A DNA stretch of 64,000 nt from Candidatus Krumholzibacteriia bacterium (GTDB taxonomy: Bacteria > Krumholzibacteriota > Krumholzibacteriia > Krumholzibacteriales > Krumholzibacteriaceae): NCBI GenBank assembly GCA_963836185.1, contig CAWIIQ010000001.1:1216001-1280000 (forward strand), read 5' to 3'. The position numbers and the translations under genes are program-made. Within the stretch, counting starts at the first letter, position 1; every line of letters starts with the position of its first letter. Below are positions 1-9,690 of the stretch, piece by piece. A model generated the notes under the pieces. It made no database searches, was not told the DNA's origin, and saw only the letters and a list, made by a program, of their open reading frames with translations.

Positions 1-2
1 CC

Positions 3-644
3 AGGGTTGTCAAGTTCGTCATATTTACACTTCTGCTTCTGATGATCATCTACTTCCTGCCCGACCGTACGAGGATCTCTTCCGACCATGTGTTCGGATC
101 GTTCTTCAAATCGCTCGGCGTAGGTGTTCTGGTGCTTCTGGTCGGATCGGTGGTAGTGCTCATCCTCGGGGTGGTCCTGAGCATCACTATCATCGGAATA
201 CCGGTGGCTCTGCTGCTGGTCCTTTCCTACGGAGCGCTTCTGCTGCTGGGATACTTTGTCAGTGCTCTCGCACTGGGCAGGATCCTCTGCAAGAAATTCG
301 GGCCGGAAGGTGCGTCGTCGTTCCTGTGCGGCTTCATGGGACTGTTCCTCATCACTCTGCCGGGCTTCATCGCGGCCATGATGTGGGTCGTACCGTTCCT
401 GGCGCCGATACAGCTCCTGCTGAAGACGATCGCCGTGTTTGTCACCTTCCTCACGGTGACTCTCGGCTCCGGGGCCCTGATCATCTCCAAGGCCGGCACG
501 TTGTCGCTCGAGCGCCCCGAAGTGCCTGAGCTTCCCGATGCGGCGGCGGTACATGTCGGTCCGGCCGTGACCGACGATCCTGTTGTTCCGGGCGCGACCG
601 ATGAACCAGATGCGCCTGAATGGCCGGGGCCGGACGAAGAGTAA
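3..644 (+). CDS. Integral membrane protein, C-terminal part (5'-truncated by window)
   Basis: Frame open from window start; 4-5 hydrophobic helices (e.g. LSITIIGIPVALLL) and an acidic Pro-rich tail. Confidence 0.7.
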   Translation, partial: RVVKFVIFTLLLLMIIYFLPDRTRISSDHVFGSFFKSLGVGVLVLLVGSVVVLILGVVLSITIIGIPVALLLVLSYGALLLLGYFVSALALGRILCKKFGPEGASSFLCGFMGLFLITLPGFIAAMMWVVPFLAPIQLLLKTIAVFVTFLTVTLGSGALIISKAGTLSLERPEVPELPDAAAVHVGPAVTDDPVVPGATDEPDAPEWPGPDEE

Positions 645-745
645 TCCCGGGTTAGCGCTTTACTATTTTCCCGAGAATTGTTATTATACGGGGAGACCTC
701 AATCCGTAATTCCCCGTATATACGGGAGTCTGGAGCGCCCCCACA

Positions 746-2131
746 TTGCCTGGCATATTCCGTAAGCTATATCTACTGTCGGCATTGATCATCCTGGCTG
801 CGGCATTATATGGTGAACAAGCCGTAGCTGGTGGTGCGTTTGCTTCGAGGATGTCGGCTGTCGACGCTTCCCGTGAGGCGCTGGAGGTCGAGGTCAGTCC
901 TTTCCGGGGCAGCATCGTCGATGAGATCATCGTCACGGGTAACACCCATACGAAACGCTGGACTATCATCCGCGAGATGGCTACGAAAGAAGGCGAGCAT
1001 CTCGACGAGCATATCCTATACAGGGACCACTCCTACCTGCGCGGGCTGGGATTTTTCTCAGAAGTCAATATCACGATCGACGAGACATCCGCCGGACACT
1101 GCAATATTATTGTAGAGGTATCGGAACGTCCCGACCTTTTCATGAAGTATCCTTTGCCATTAATCAATTACGACATGACCAAAGGCGTGAGCTACGGAAT
1201 CCGCTGGAAGGTCAGGAACTTCAAGGGAACAGGACAGGAACTGTTCGCCGCGGTCGAAAAGAGGAGAGGGCACGAGCAGGGGGGAAGCGTCTCCTGGAGC
1301 ATGCCGTGGGTCGGTAGCTACAGGATGAGGCTGAGCTTCCAGGGATTCACCCATCAGAAGCTCACCGTCCCCGAGAAAGCCGATTTTGTGAAGGAAAGAC
1401 ACGGCGGCGGGGTGATGATGGGATTCCCGCTGACACGCAGCCTTCTGCGCCAGGTATGGATCATGCCCGACATCGTTGTCGAGAACAGGCATTCAAGGTT
1501 CAGTATCGATGGTCCGCCGAACCAGAACGGCGACTTATTCAATCAGCTCTTTCTGATAACTGGACTGTCGCTTACCTATGACAGCAGGGACAACCGCACT
1601 ACTCCTTTCAGCGGTATGTACGCGGGGGCCAGGGTACGCAGATATTCGAGCGTCAACGGTCTCAAACAGCAGTACTCGTCGATGTCGCTCCTCAGTTCAC
1701 TTTATATGCCTGTTCCCAGAGTTGGAACACTGATCCTCGCCTTTGCGGGAGATAACTGGGACGGGGATGTGCCCTGGTACAACAAGATGGGAATGGGAGG
1801 CATGAACGACCTCAGGGGATTCCCTGAGAGCGACGCCCGTGGCACCACAAGGCTGCTCTCGACTATCCAGTGGAGAAGGAATGTCTTCGGTCCGAATGTC
1901 TGGGATATCCCGTTGATAGGGAAATTCGATCTGGCGCTTAATACGATAGCTTTTGTCGACAACGGCGCGCTGATGAGCTCACTCGACATGGCGCCCAGTT
2001 CAAGTTTCCGTACGACAGCAGGTTTTGGTCTCGAGGTCATATCGCCTATTCAGAACCTGCTGAGATTCGAAGTCGCTTTTTCTGAGCAGGGAGCGCCTTC
2101 CTACTATATAGCCACGCGCAACAGGTTCTGA
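746..2131 (+). CDS. Omp85/BamA-TamA family outer membrane protein (single POTRA + beta-barrel)
   Basis: Signal peptide; POTRA motif IIVTGNTHTKRWTIIREM...LGFFSEV; barrel motifs YDSRDN, LRGF, AGFGL; C-terminal Phe. Confidence 0.85.
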   Translation: MPGIFRKLYLLSALIILAAALYGEQAVAGGAFASRMSAVDASREALEVEVSPFRGSIVDEIIVTGNTHTKRWTIIREMATKEGEHLDEHILYRDHSYLRGLGFFSEVNITIDETSAGHCNIIVEVSERPDLFMKYPLPLINYDMTKGVSYGIRWKVRNFKGTGQELFAAVEKRRGHEQGGSVSWSMPWVGSYRMRLSFQGFTHQKLTVPEKADFVKERHGGGVMMGFPLTRSLLRQVWIMPDIVVENRHSRFSIDGPPNQNGDLFNQLFLITGLSLTYDSRDNRTTPFSGMYAGARVRRYSSVNGLKQQYSSMSLLSSLYMPVPRVGTLILAFAGDNWDGDVPWYNKMGMGGMNDLRGFPESDARGTTRLLSTIQWRRNVFGPNVWDIPLIGKFDLALNTIAFVDNGALMSSLDMAPSSSFRTTAGFGLEVISPIQNLLRFEVAFSEQGAPSYYIATRNRF

Positions 2132-2603
2132 TCCCCGTTCAGATACTGTAATCCCTTCTCTTATTCTGAGCTCGTCACAGGTCCCGGTCCCGGGACAGAT
2201 CTTCCATCATATGAAATCACTTACAGTTGCGGATATTTTACCAGATTCTGGATTAACCCCCCTTGTATACCCTTAACCGAAAGTAATATAAGTAAATAGC
2301 CCGGTATTCGTGGTGTCAGGCATCAAAATTTCTAGGGAAAAATCCCCATTTTTACCGCTTTTCGAGCCGGCATTTGATCGATTGAATGCATCCGGTCCAT
2401 ATTTCTTCCGGTTTATTCCGGCAGGGCGGTGGATCTTTGCATGTTCCGTAACATATTGTAAAACAAATAGTAACGCAGTGACATCCCAGTGGCGGCGCCA
2501 GGATCTCTTCTCATTTTTTGGCTATGGGAGGGGGGATGGAAGGGCCAGTCCTGATGCGGGGAACATCCGTTGCAATTCCTATATGTACGGATGATTACAG
2601 CCC

Positions 2604-3707
2604 TTGTGCGCAGGACTGTTTTGTGACGAGGAGAAACTGCTGAAAGATAAAGTAGTTATATACATTCTGCTGGCTCTTGCCGCCCCCTTGTTCGCCGCAC
2701 CGGCGGTGCTGTGTGCGGAGGATTTTACCCACCTCTATACCCTGGATAACGGCACATCAGTAACTGTCTATACGCCGGAAGTCATCCTTTCGAGCATGAC
2801 AGAGCGTGACCCGAGTGGAAATCTCGTCTTTTTCCCTGAAGGCGGGGGCAGCTATTTCCTGATAGAGGATGTTTTCAGCCCGCTTATCATGAACCATGGT
2901 GCCGGTGAGTTCTTCCCGATGAGTGAAGAGACAGTCATGCAGGCCCTTCGTGAGATCGATATCGATGGGCGCATGATCGATATGCACGTCGATATCTATA
3001 TTCTCCCGATGCCGAGACTGTATTACATGAACAGTACTTCGATTGGATGCAGGATATTTCTTTCACCGGGAGTATGGGAAGTGTCCGCATCGACGACCGC
3101 AAGTATCATCACTCACGAGTTTGGCCACTGTTTTCAGAAGGCTTACCTGCCCGATGTGGATGTTGAGGGATGGGAGACATATCTCGGGTTAAGGGGCATA
3201 CTGGATGATCCTGTCTACACCGAGAGTGCTATACATATGAACAGGCCCAGTGAGATATTCGCCGAGGATTTCAGAGTGCTTTTCGGCGGAGAACTTGCCG
3301 TCTATCCAGGCAGCATCGAGAATCCCTTTCTCGCTCAGCCTTCTGATGTGGTCGGGCTTGAGGAATTCATGGCTTCTCTTGCCGGCGAAGCTGTCGAGGC
3401 CGAGCTTCCGGCAGGCAGCGAGGTCATAGCGTCGGTCGGCAACTATCCCAACCCATTCAATCCCGTGACAACGATCAGGGCCGCCTTCAATGGACCGGTC
3501 ATCGGCAAAGATGTAAGTGTCAGGATCTATGCCGCCGACGGTTCACTCGTCAGGGATCTCTGGTCGGGCAGGGTCTCTCAGGAAACATTTGAGAAGACGT
3601 GGGATGGGATGAATGACTACGGAGCCAGGGCTGCGAGCGGGATCTACTTCTACCGAGTCACCGCAGGTCATGAATTTCGCACGGGGAAAATGCTTCTTGT
3701 ACGGTAG
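2604..3707 (+). CDS. Secreted zincin-like metallopeptidase with T9SS-type/FlgD-Ig C-terminal domain (true start may be about 2640)
   Basis: HEFGH plus downstream EIFAEDF; C-terminal NYPNPFNP...WDG.ND.G..AASGIYFYR...KMLLVR. Confidence 0.75.
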   Translation: MCAGLFCDEEKLLKDKVVIYILLALAAPLFAAPAVLCAEDFTHLYTLDNGTSVTVYTPEVILSSMTERDPSGNLVFFPEGGGSYFLIEDVFSPLIMNHGAGEFFPMSEETVMQALREIDIDGRMIDMHVDIYILPMPRLYYMNSTSIGCRIFLSPGVWEVSASTTASIITHEFGHCFQKAYLPDVDVEGWETYLGLRGILDDPVYTESAIHMNRPSEIFAEDFRVLFGGELAVYPGSIENPFLAQPSDVVGLEEFMASLAGEAVEAELPAGSEVIASVGNYPNPFNPVTTIRAAFNGPVIGKDVSVRIYAADGSLVRDLWSGRVSQETFEKTWDGMNDYGARAASGIYFYRVTAGHEFRTGKMLLVR

Positions 3708-3733
3708 TACGTCTCTCTTTTGAGAAAAAGTAA

Positions 3734-5282
3734 TTATGGGTGACCCGGCCATGGAGTTACGAGACTCAGTAGCCGGGTCTTCCCTTTTGACCGACGTTTC
3801 CAATCTGTCGGTAGTTTTGCCTTATTAATTGGTTCCCCTCGGTACTGCCCGGAACATCGGCGTTGCACCTCATAACGATACTGTCCTCTTTGTTCTTTGA
3901 CGCGATCCTCAGGTTTCTTTTTATCAGTATTCTTCTTGTTCATACGATCCAGATAAAACTGTTCCATTGGGTCCGTGAGATATTGTTCCGCAGCTTCCTT
4001 GACATACTGCTCCATGTGCTTCTTTCCGTAGGCCCTCTCGGCCTCGAGCCGGTTGTGCTTCCCGCACAGCAGCCTGAGATTCTCCGGTGAGTCGTCCCCG
4101 CCCCTGGCAAAGGGGACCTTGTGGTCTATCTGCAGGTCCCAGGTAGACCCGCATCTCCTGCCACCGGGGGAGACAAAGGAACATCGCCCCTTGTCCCTGG
4201 CATAGACCTCGTCGCGGACCTTCCGGGGGATATGACGGGAGATACCTTTCTCGCGCGAGCCGCCTGCGGCAGTACCAGGGTCTATCTTCTGCTGCTATTC
4301 GATCTCCCGCTGCATTGCCGCTCCTGCCGTACTCTTCGATTTCCTTCTCGGCCCTCTTCTCCCTCTTCTCTTTTCTCCTGATCCTCCCCTCAGGGCTTTG
4401 TCTTTCGATGTACTCGTCCATCAGAAGAGAGAAGAGCTCGCCGAGCTCAAGATGCCTGTGATACTTCGAGGAGAGAAGAGAACGGACCCTCTCGACCTTT
4501 CGCATGAAGTCCGGATCCGCTCCGAACGTGACCTTCAACCTCTCCTCGAAAACCACTGTCTGCGCGGCGAAGGGCCTGCTGCCAGTATCAGGGCTGGCTG
4601 CCGGCCCTTCGCCGCTGCCAGTCTCGCTCCCCTTCGAAGTGGCAGGATTTTTACCGCCACCGGTGGCGGTGGAGAATTTACCACCCCCGTCTAATGTGTT
4701 GTCTCCGTACCTGTTGCCATCGTTCGTCTTGTCTCCGTCACTCTTGCAATCGCCATCTCTGACCTCGAGCAGAGTTTTTACATATACCGGGGTGACCCTG
4801 TCTCGGATAGCGCTCTTCGGCCTGCGGCTGCTGACAAGAAGCTCGACCTCTCTCTTCGAGGCTCCCTCTATCCGGCAAAGAAGATCAGAGACATTCTCCG
4901 GTGTCATGATCCTGGTGATCATCGCGAGGTTGGTCATGCTGACCTTCCCGCAGGAGAGCGAGCGGTAGACAGCCGGGTAGTCCCTGATGCACCTGGCGAT
5001 ACTTATCCTCCTGGCCGCGGTGGACTCGGAGTACCCGAGACGCTCTGTGCAGAACTCATAGAGAGAGCTGAAGCCGAGAGGAAGATAGAGCTTTCTTCTG
5101 TCTATCTCGATCAGGTGCACGAGGATAGAAAGCACTGTCTTTCTCTCAGTCTCAGAGAGCTTGCGTATCCCGGATAGAAGGGCCCTGTTTGAGACAGACT
5201 TCAGGGCTTTTGCTCCAGGGATGGTCTTTGTGGATCTACTGCTGGAACAAATCGAGCTCTTCGTCGTCCTCATCATCGTCAC
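3734..5282 (-). CDS. DUF222-like N-terminal domain + HNH endonuclease; one frameshift near 4230-4300
   Basis: N-terminus ER..VL.ILVHLIEIDRRKLY..LGFSSLYEFC...LGYSES.AARRI; the alternate frame gives SRHIPRKVRDEVYARDKGRC...RCGSTWDLQIDHKVPFARGG...ENLRLLCGKHN, continuing into ORF 3734..4015. Confidence 0.8.
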
Positions 5283-5344
5283 CTCCGGGTGAGATCAGGT
5301 TATTTATCTCTGCCCCGCTCATTTAACCCTCCTCCATCGGGGAC

Positions 5345-5353
5345 ATTATAACA
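5345..5353 (-). promoter_or_regulatory. Extended -10 promoter (TGTTATAAT) for the HNH gene
   Basis: Minus strand reads TG-T-TATAAT about 65 nt upstream of the GGAGG RBS/start. Confidence 0.5.
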
Positions 5354-5711
5354 CGGACTTCTGGCGGCAAAACAGATGGCCCGTGGAGCCACGCCGGGGG
5401 CCGGGATAAGCCGGATGCCGGAATCTTCGAGAGAGGCGAAGAGAGGGGCCCTGAGGGCCGCCTGGCGGCGTAATCTACGGCGGGCACGCAGGTTGGAGAA
5501 TCGGGCCCGAAAAAGCCGTCAAGGATTATTTTTGGGTTTTGGGGGATATTATTGATTGTTTTGAGGATTACTTTGGGGTTTTCCGACGACTATTCTGGAG
5601 TTATCTGGAGTGCTTTTGGGGTTTCGGGATTGCTTTGGGATCTTCGCGGGATATTTCGAGGAGGAGCAGGTTTGAATCCGGGAAGATAAGGATGGATTCA
5701 GTGAACCGGTG

Positions 5712-6755
5712 TTATTTTCCGTATTCTTCACGTGAAGCTCTGAGCTGGCCGCATGCCGCGCCGATATCTCCACCCTGGCTTCTTCTGACTGTCACAGCAG
5801 GTGCTGTCGGCAGAAGTATTTCGATAAACTTGTCGATTCTCTCCTCGCTCGGTCGTTTCAGTCCGCAGCCCTTCCATTCATTGAACGGGATTATATTGAT
5901 CTTGAAAGGCCTGCCTGAGGTCATCGAGGCGAGTCGGCGCGCATCTTCAGGGGAGTCGTTCTCATCTGCGATAAGGACGTATTCCAGGGTAGTCCTCATC
6001 TTTCTTCCGACTGCGTAATCCTCAGATGCGGCAAGCGTTTCTTCGATATCCGCGGCCGCGGGCATCAGACGCTTTCTTGTTTCATTATCGACAGCGTTGA
6101 GTGAGACAGCAAGCCCCGCTCTGAGTCCACTTGCCTCCAGCTCCCTGATCCGCTCAGGGAATCCGATCGTACTTACGGTGATCCTCTTCTCACGCAGGGC
6201 GAATCCATCCTCATGGTTCAGGATCTCCAGCGCGGGAAATACATTTGCCGTGTTCAGAAGCGGATCGCCCATTCCCATAAATACTATATTGAACCTTCTC
6301 CGGGGAGGGATGTGGTTCAGCCTGAAGTAGAGTATCTGGTCAAGTATCTCTCCGGTATTGAGGTCTCTTTCCAGTCCTCCGACACCAGTCCTGCAGAAAG
6401 AGCATGCAAGGGGACAGCCGACCTGGCTGGAGACACATAATGTGAAGATCCCGCGAGCTTCCATCAGTACAACCTCGACGACGGCGCCGTCCTCACATTC
6501 GAGCAGAAATTTCTGGCTTCCATCTGAATCGGAGGATACACTTCCCGCCACACGCAGTTCCGGAATACGGAAGTGTCCGTTGAGCCTGGTGCGCAGGTCG
6601 AGGGAAAGGCTGGTCATCTCGTCAAACGAGGCGGCGCCCTTCTGCCAGATCCATTGCATGATCTGCCTTGTCCTGTGTCTCTGCTCGCCCATCTCCGTAA
6701 TTGCTTCCGCAAGCTGTGAGGGCGACAGATTCTTTATGTTGATCCTGTCGGTCAT
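5712..6755 (-). CDS. rlmN: 23S rRNA (A2503)-C2 methyltransferase RlmN
   Basis: CVSSQVGCPLACSFC radical-SAM motif, MGMGDPL, AACGQL. Confidence 0.95.
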   Translation of the reverse strand: MTDRINIKNLSPSQLAEAITEMGEQRHRTRQIMQWIWQKGAASFDEMTSLSLDLRTRLNGHFRIPELRVAGSVSSDSDGSQKFLLECEDGAVVEVVLMEARGIFTLCVSSQVGCPLACSFCRTGVGGLERDLNTGEILDQILYFRLNHIPPRRRFNIVFMGMGDPLLNTANVFPALEILNHEDGFALREKRITVSTIGFPERIRELEASGLRAGLAVSLNAVDNETRKRLMPAAADIEETLAASEDYAVGRKMRTTLEYVLIADENDSPEDARRLASMTSGRPFKINIIPFNEWKGCGLKRPSEERIDKFIEILLPTAPAVTVRRSQGGDIGAACGQLRASREEYGK

Positions 6756-6814
6756 TTTTCCTCCCGGATGTGATGATAGTGAATCCGACCGTGAAGCCGA
6801 AAGGGAAAAAGGAG

Positions 6815-7765
6815 ATGAGGTGCTGCATCGATCTAGGAAGCAGCTACTTCAGGAAGCTCGCTGTTGATGTCGAGAATGGCCCCGATGGGCCGAGTTTCAG
6901 GAATCCTGTTCAGGAGAGAGTATATATCGGCTGGGGTGAGGAGGTCGAACACAACGGGACTATCTCTAAGGAGACCGCAGAGAGTGCCGCTGAGATTCTC
7001 AGGAGACTCACAGGGGATATGACAGGGCGCGCAGGCGTTCATCTGACGGTTGTAGCGACGAATGCGCTTCGTGTCGCGTCAAACCGCGATGAGGTCAGGG
7101 AGTATCTCGAGGATATCGCTGGAGTGGAAATTAATATCCTTTCGGAAAGAGGAGAAGCCCTTCTCGGATTTGCTGGAGCGACATCAGAACTGACTAATGG
7201 TACTCCAGTCATCCTGGTCGATCTGGGAGGAACAAGCACCGAACTCTCATGGGGTTCAGCGCCCGCCGGTTCTGCATTTGTATCTTTGCCGCTGGGAACG
7301 CATTCATATCTTGATCCCGGGGCAGTATCCGAACTGATCGCTGATATCTTCCCGGCATCGGGGATCCCTGTCGGGGATTCACGCTTGCCGGGCTCGAGAG
7401 AAAGTCATACAATCATGGTCACCGGCGGGACCGCTGTCAGCCTTGCGGTCGCCTGGAAACAGATGATCGGCGAAAAATATGATGATGCCGTGTCGATCGG
7501 GATCTCCGCCGACGAGTTCGAGAGGCTCTATGAATGGATCGACGCCTTTTATCTTTCAGGGGCTGAGCAGGAGCTTGCTCTGCCGCTCGAAAGGATAAAG
7601 CTGTTCCTGCCGGGTATGAAGATGCTCAAAGAGTTTTTCAGGGCTCTTCAGGCGGATGGAATGACGATAACCGCCCGCGACCTCAGATGGGGCGTCGTGT
7701 TGGGCGATGGAATAACAGAATGGGGGTACCTTGCCGATGAGCAAGAGAGTCCTGATAGTCGATGA
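6815..7765 (+). CDS. Ppx/GppA family phosphatase (short form)
   Basis: IDLGSS, VATNALR.A.N, ILS...EA, VDLGGTSTELS motifs; start chosen at ATG 6815. Confidence 0.75.
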   Translation: MRCCIDLGSSYFRKLAVDVENGPDGPSFRNPVQERVYIGWGEEVEHNGTISKETAESAAEILRRLTGDMTGRAGVHLTVVATNALRVASNRDEVREYLEDIAGVEINILSERGEALLGFAGATSELTNGTPVILVDLGGTSTELSWGSAPAGSAFVSLPLGTHSYLDPGAVSELIADIFPASGIPVGDSRLPGSRESHTIMVTGGTAVSLAVAWKQMIGEKYDDAVSIGISADEFERLYEWIDAFYLSGAEQELALPLERIKLFLPGMKMLKEFFRALQADGMTITARDLRWGVVLGDGITEWGYLADEQESPDSR

Positions 7766-9113
7766 CGAAGCAAGCATACGGAGCTCACTTGAGAAGCTTC
7801 TTTCCTACGAGAAATATACAACTCTATCCGCGCCCGACGGTCCATCCGCATTGGAGGTAGTGGCCGACAAGAGGATCGACATCGTCCTGCTGGATATCAA
7901 GATGCCGGGTATGGATGGGCTCGAAGTCCTTCAGAAGCTCAAAGAGATGAAAGAAGAATTGCCGGTAATAATCATATCCGGGCACGGAAACATATCCACG
8001 GCTGTCGAGGCTACCAAGCTCGGCGCATTCGATTTTATAGAAAAACCGATAGATCTGGACAGACTCCTGCTTACCGTAAGGAACGGCCTGAAGCAGGGAA
8101 CGTTGAGTCAGCAGAACATCGAACTCCGCGAGAGGATACCGGGCGGCACGGAGATCGTCGGCGAGCATCCATCTATAAAGGAGATACTCGAGACGATAAA
8201 CCGTGTGGCACCGACCAGTGCGAGGGTCCTCGTTATGGGAGAGAACGGAACGGGCAAGGAGCTCGTCGCGAGAAAGCTTCACGAACTCAGCACCAGGAAT
8301 ACCGAACCGTTCATCGAAGTGAATTGCGCTGCTATTCCGGAAGAGCTGATAGAAAGCGAACTCTTCGGCCATGAAAAGGGATCGTTCACCGGCGCTGTCT
8401 CGAAGAGGATCGGAAAGTTCGAACTTGCCGATGGCGGATCGCTTTTCCTCGATGAGGTCGGGGACATGAGCCTGTCCGCCCAGGCGAAGGTCCTTCGCGT
8501 CCTGCAGGAATCCGTGTTCGAGAGGGTAGGAGGGACCGAGACGAAGAAGGTGGATGTCCGTGTAATCGCAGCATCGAACAAGAATCTGCTGGAGGAAGCG
8601 GGCAAGGGGAACTTCAGGGAGGACCTGTTCTATCGGCTCAATGTCGTACCGGTTGAGATGCCCCCTCTGCGGGACCGAAGGTCCGACATCCCGATGCTGG
8701 TATCGCATTTCCTCGATCAGGTCGCAGTCGAACTCGGTGCCGCCGCGAAGAAGGTCGACAAGAAGGCGCTCGAGATGATGGTCGAATACTCCTGGCCGGG
8801 AAATGTCAGGGAGTTGAGGAACCTGATCGAGAGACTCTGCATCCTGACTCTCTCCGATACTATTACCAGGGAAGACATGCCTTCGCTCGTCCTCACCAGG
8901 GAAGAAGATATGATGAAGGATCCGTTCGGCCTGCAGACTTACCAGGAGTTCAGGGACTTTACGGAGAGAGAATTTCTCGTTAAGAAGCTGCGCGAAAATA
9001 ACGGGAATGTTTCGAAGACAGCGCGTCAACTCGGGATGCAGCGCAGTAATCTGTATAAGAAGCTTGAGAAGTACAGCATCGATCTTAGAAGTGATAAAGA
9101 CGAAGAAAATTGA
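7731..9113 (+). CDS. NtrC/NtrX-family sigma-54 response regulator (REC-AAA+-HTH)
   Basis: VLIVDDE/LLDIKMP receiver; GENGTGKE, ESELFGHEKGSFTGA, FLDEVG, WPGNVREL; Fis-type HTH. Confidence 0.95.
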   Translation: MPMSKRVLIVDDEASIRSSLEKLLSYEKYTTLSAPDGPSALEVVADKRIDIVLLDIKMPGMDGLEVLQKLKEMKEELPVIIISGHGNISTAVEATKLGAFDFIEKPIDLDRLLLTVRNGLKQGTLSQQNIELRERIPGGTEIVGEHPSIKEILETINRVAPTSARVLVMGENGTGKELVARKLHELSTRNTEPFIEVNCAAIPEELIESELFGHEKGSFTGAVSKRIGKFELADGGSLFLDEVGDMSLSAQAKVLRVLQESVFERVGGTETKKVDVRVIAASNKNLLEEAGKGNFREDLFYRLNVVPVEMPPLRDRRSDIPMLVSHFLDQVAVELGAAAKKVDKKALEMMVEYSWPGNVRELRNLIERLCILTLSDTITREDMPSLVLTREEDMMKDPFGLQTYQEFRDFTEREFLVKKLRENNGNVSKTARQLGMQRSNLYKKLEKYSIDLRSDKDEEN

Positions 9114-9221
9114 CAACCCGTAATATTTAAAATATATCTTACGTGCTGTGCTGCATATGTTGTAAAAAATCTGACAAAGCGGCTAACCTCTGTTTTTTCA
9201 TAGATTTTTATCACGAAAAAT

Positions 9222-9250
9222 TTGACAGCGGCCCTTGCGGAACATATTTT
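9222..9250 (+). promoter_or_regulatory. Sigma-70 type promoter for the small-protein/TPR-activator operon
   Basis: TTGACA-N17-TATTTT in AT-rich intergenic DNA. Confidence 0.5.
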
Positions 9251-9318
9251 TATTCTGTGGGTGTTTAGGGTGTGACGGGTCTTTTTGGGACAGGTCAGTT
9301 CCAGGAGGAGATAAGGTC

Positions 9319-9627
9319 ATGAAGAGAACGGCTCTTCTTATTGCCATTCTGATCGCGTTCTCTCTCACTGCAGTATCGCAGGTCTACGCCTCACCGATAG
9401 CTGGTGAAAAGGCGGTGACCGTTTCCAGCTGGCTCTCATACTATATTGCCAACTTCCTGAGAGCGCATCGCGTTACCGTCGGATATGAAGACGGGCTCAT
9501 CAGCGATGCAGGAGAAAATGAGATACTGCGTGGAGACGCGGATGATTACGCGAATGGTAAAGGGGATATAAAGGATCTCGATCCCATTATTCCCAACGAC
9601 GACAAGAAGATTACGGAACAGGATTAA
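9319..9627 (+). CDS. Small secreted protein (102 aa), candidate signalling pro-peptide
   Basis: Strong RBS AGGAGGAG at 9303-9310; Sec signal MKRTALLIAILIAFSLTAVSQVYA; acidic C-terminal half containing GDADDYANG. Confidence 0.8.
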   Translation: MKRTALLIAILIAFSLTAVSQVYASPIAGEKAVTVSSWLSYYIANFLRAHRVTVGYEDGLISDAGENEILRGDADDYANGKGDIKDLDPIIPNDDKKITEQD

Positions 9628-9690
9628 TTACTAGCGGTCTACTTACGGGCTCTACCGGTAATTCGCCAATTGCCACTTAAGGAGAAACCG

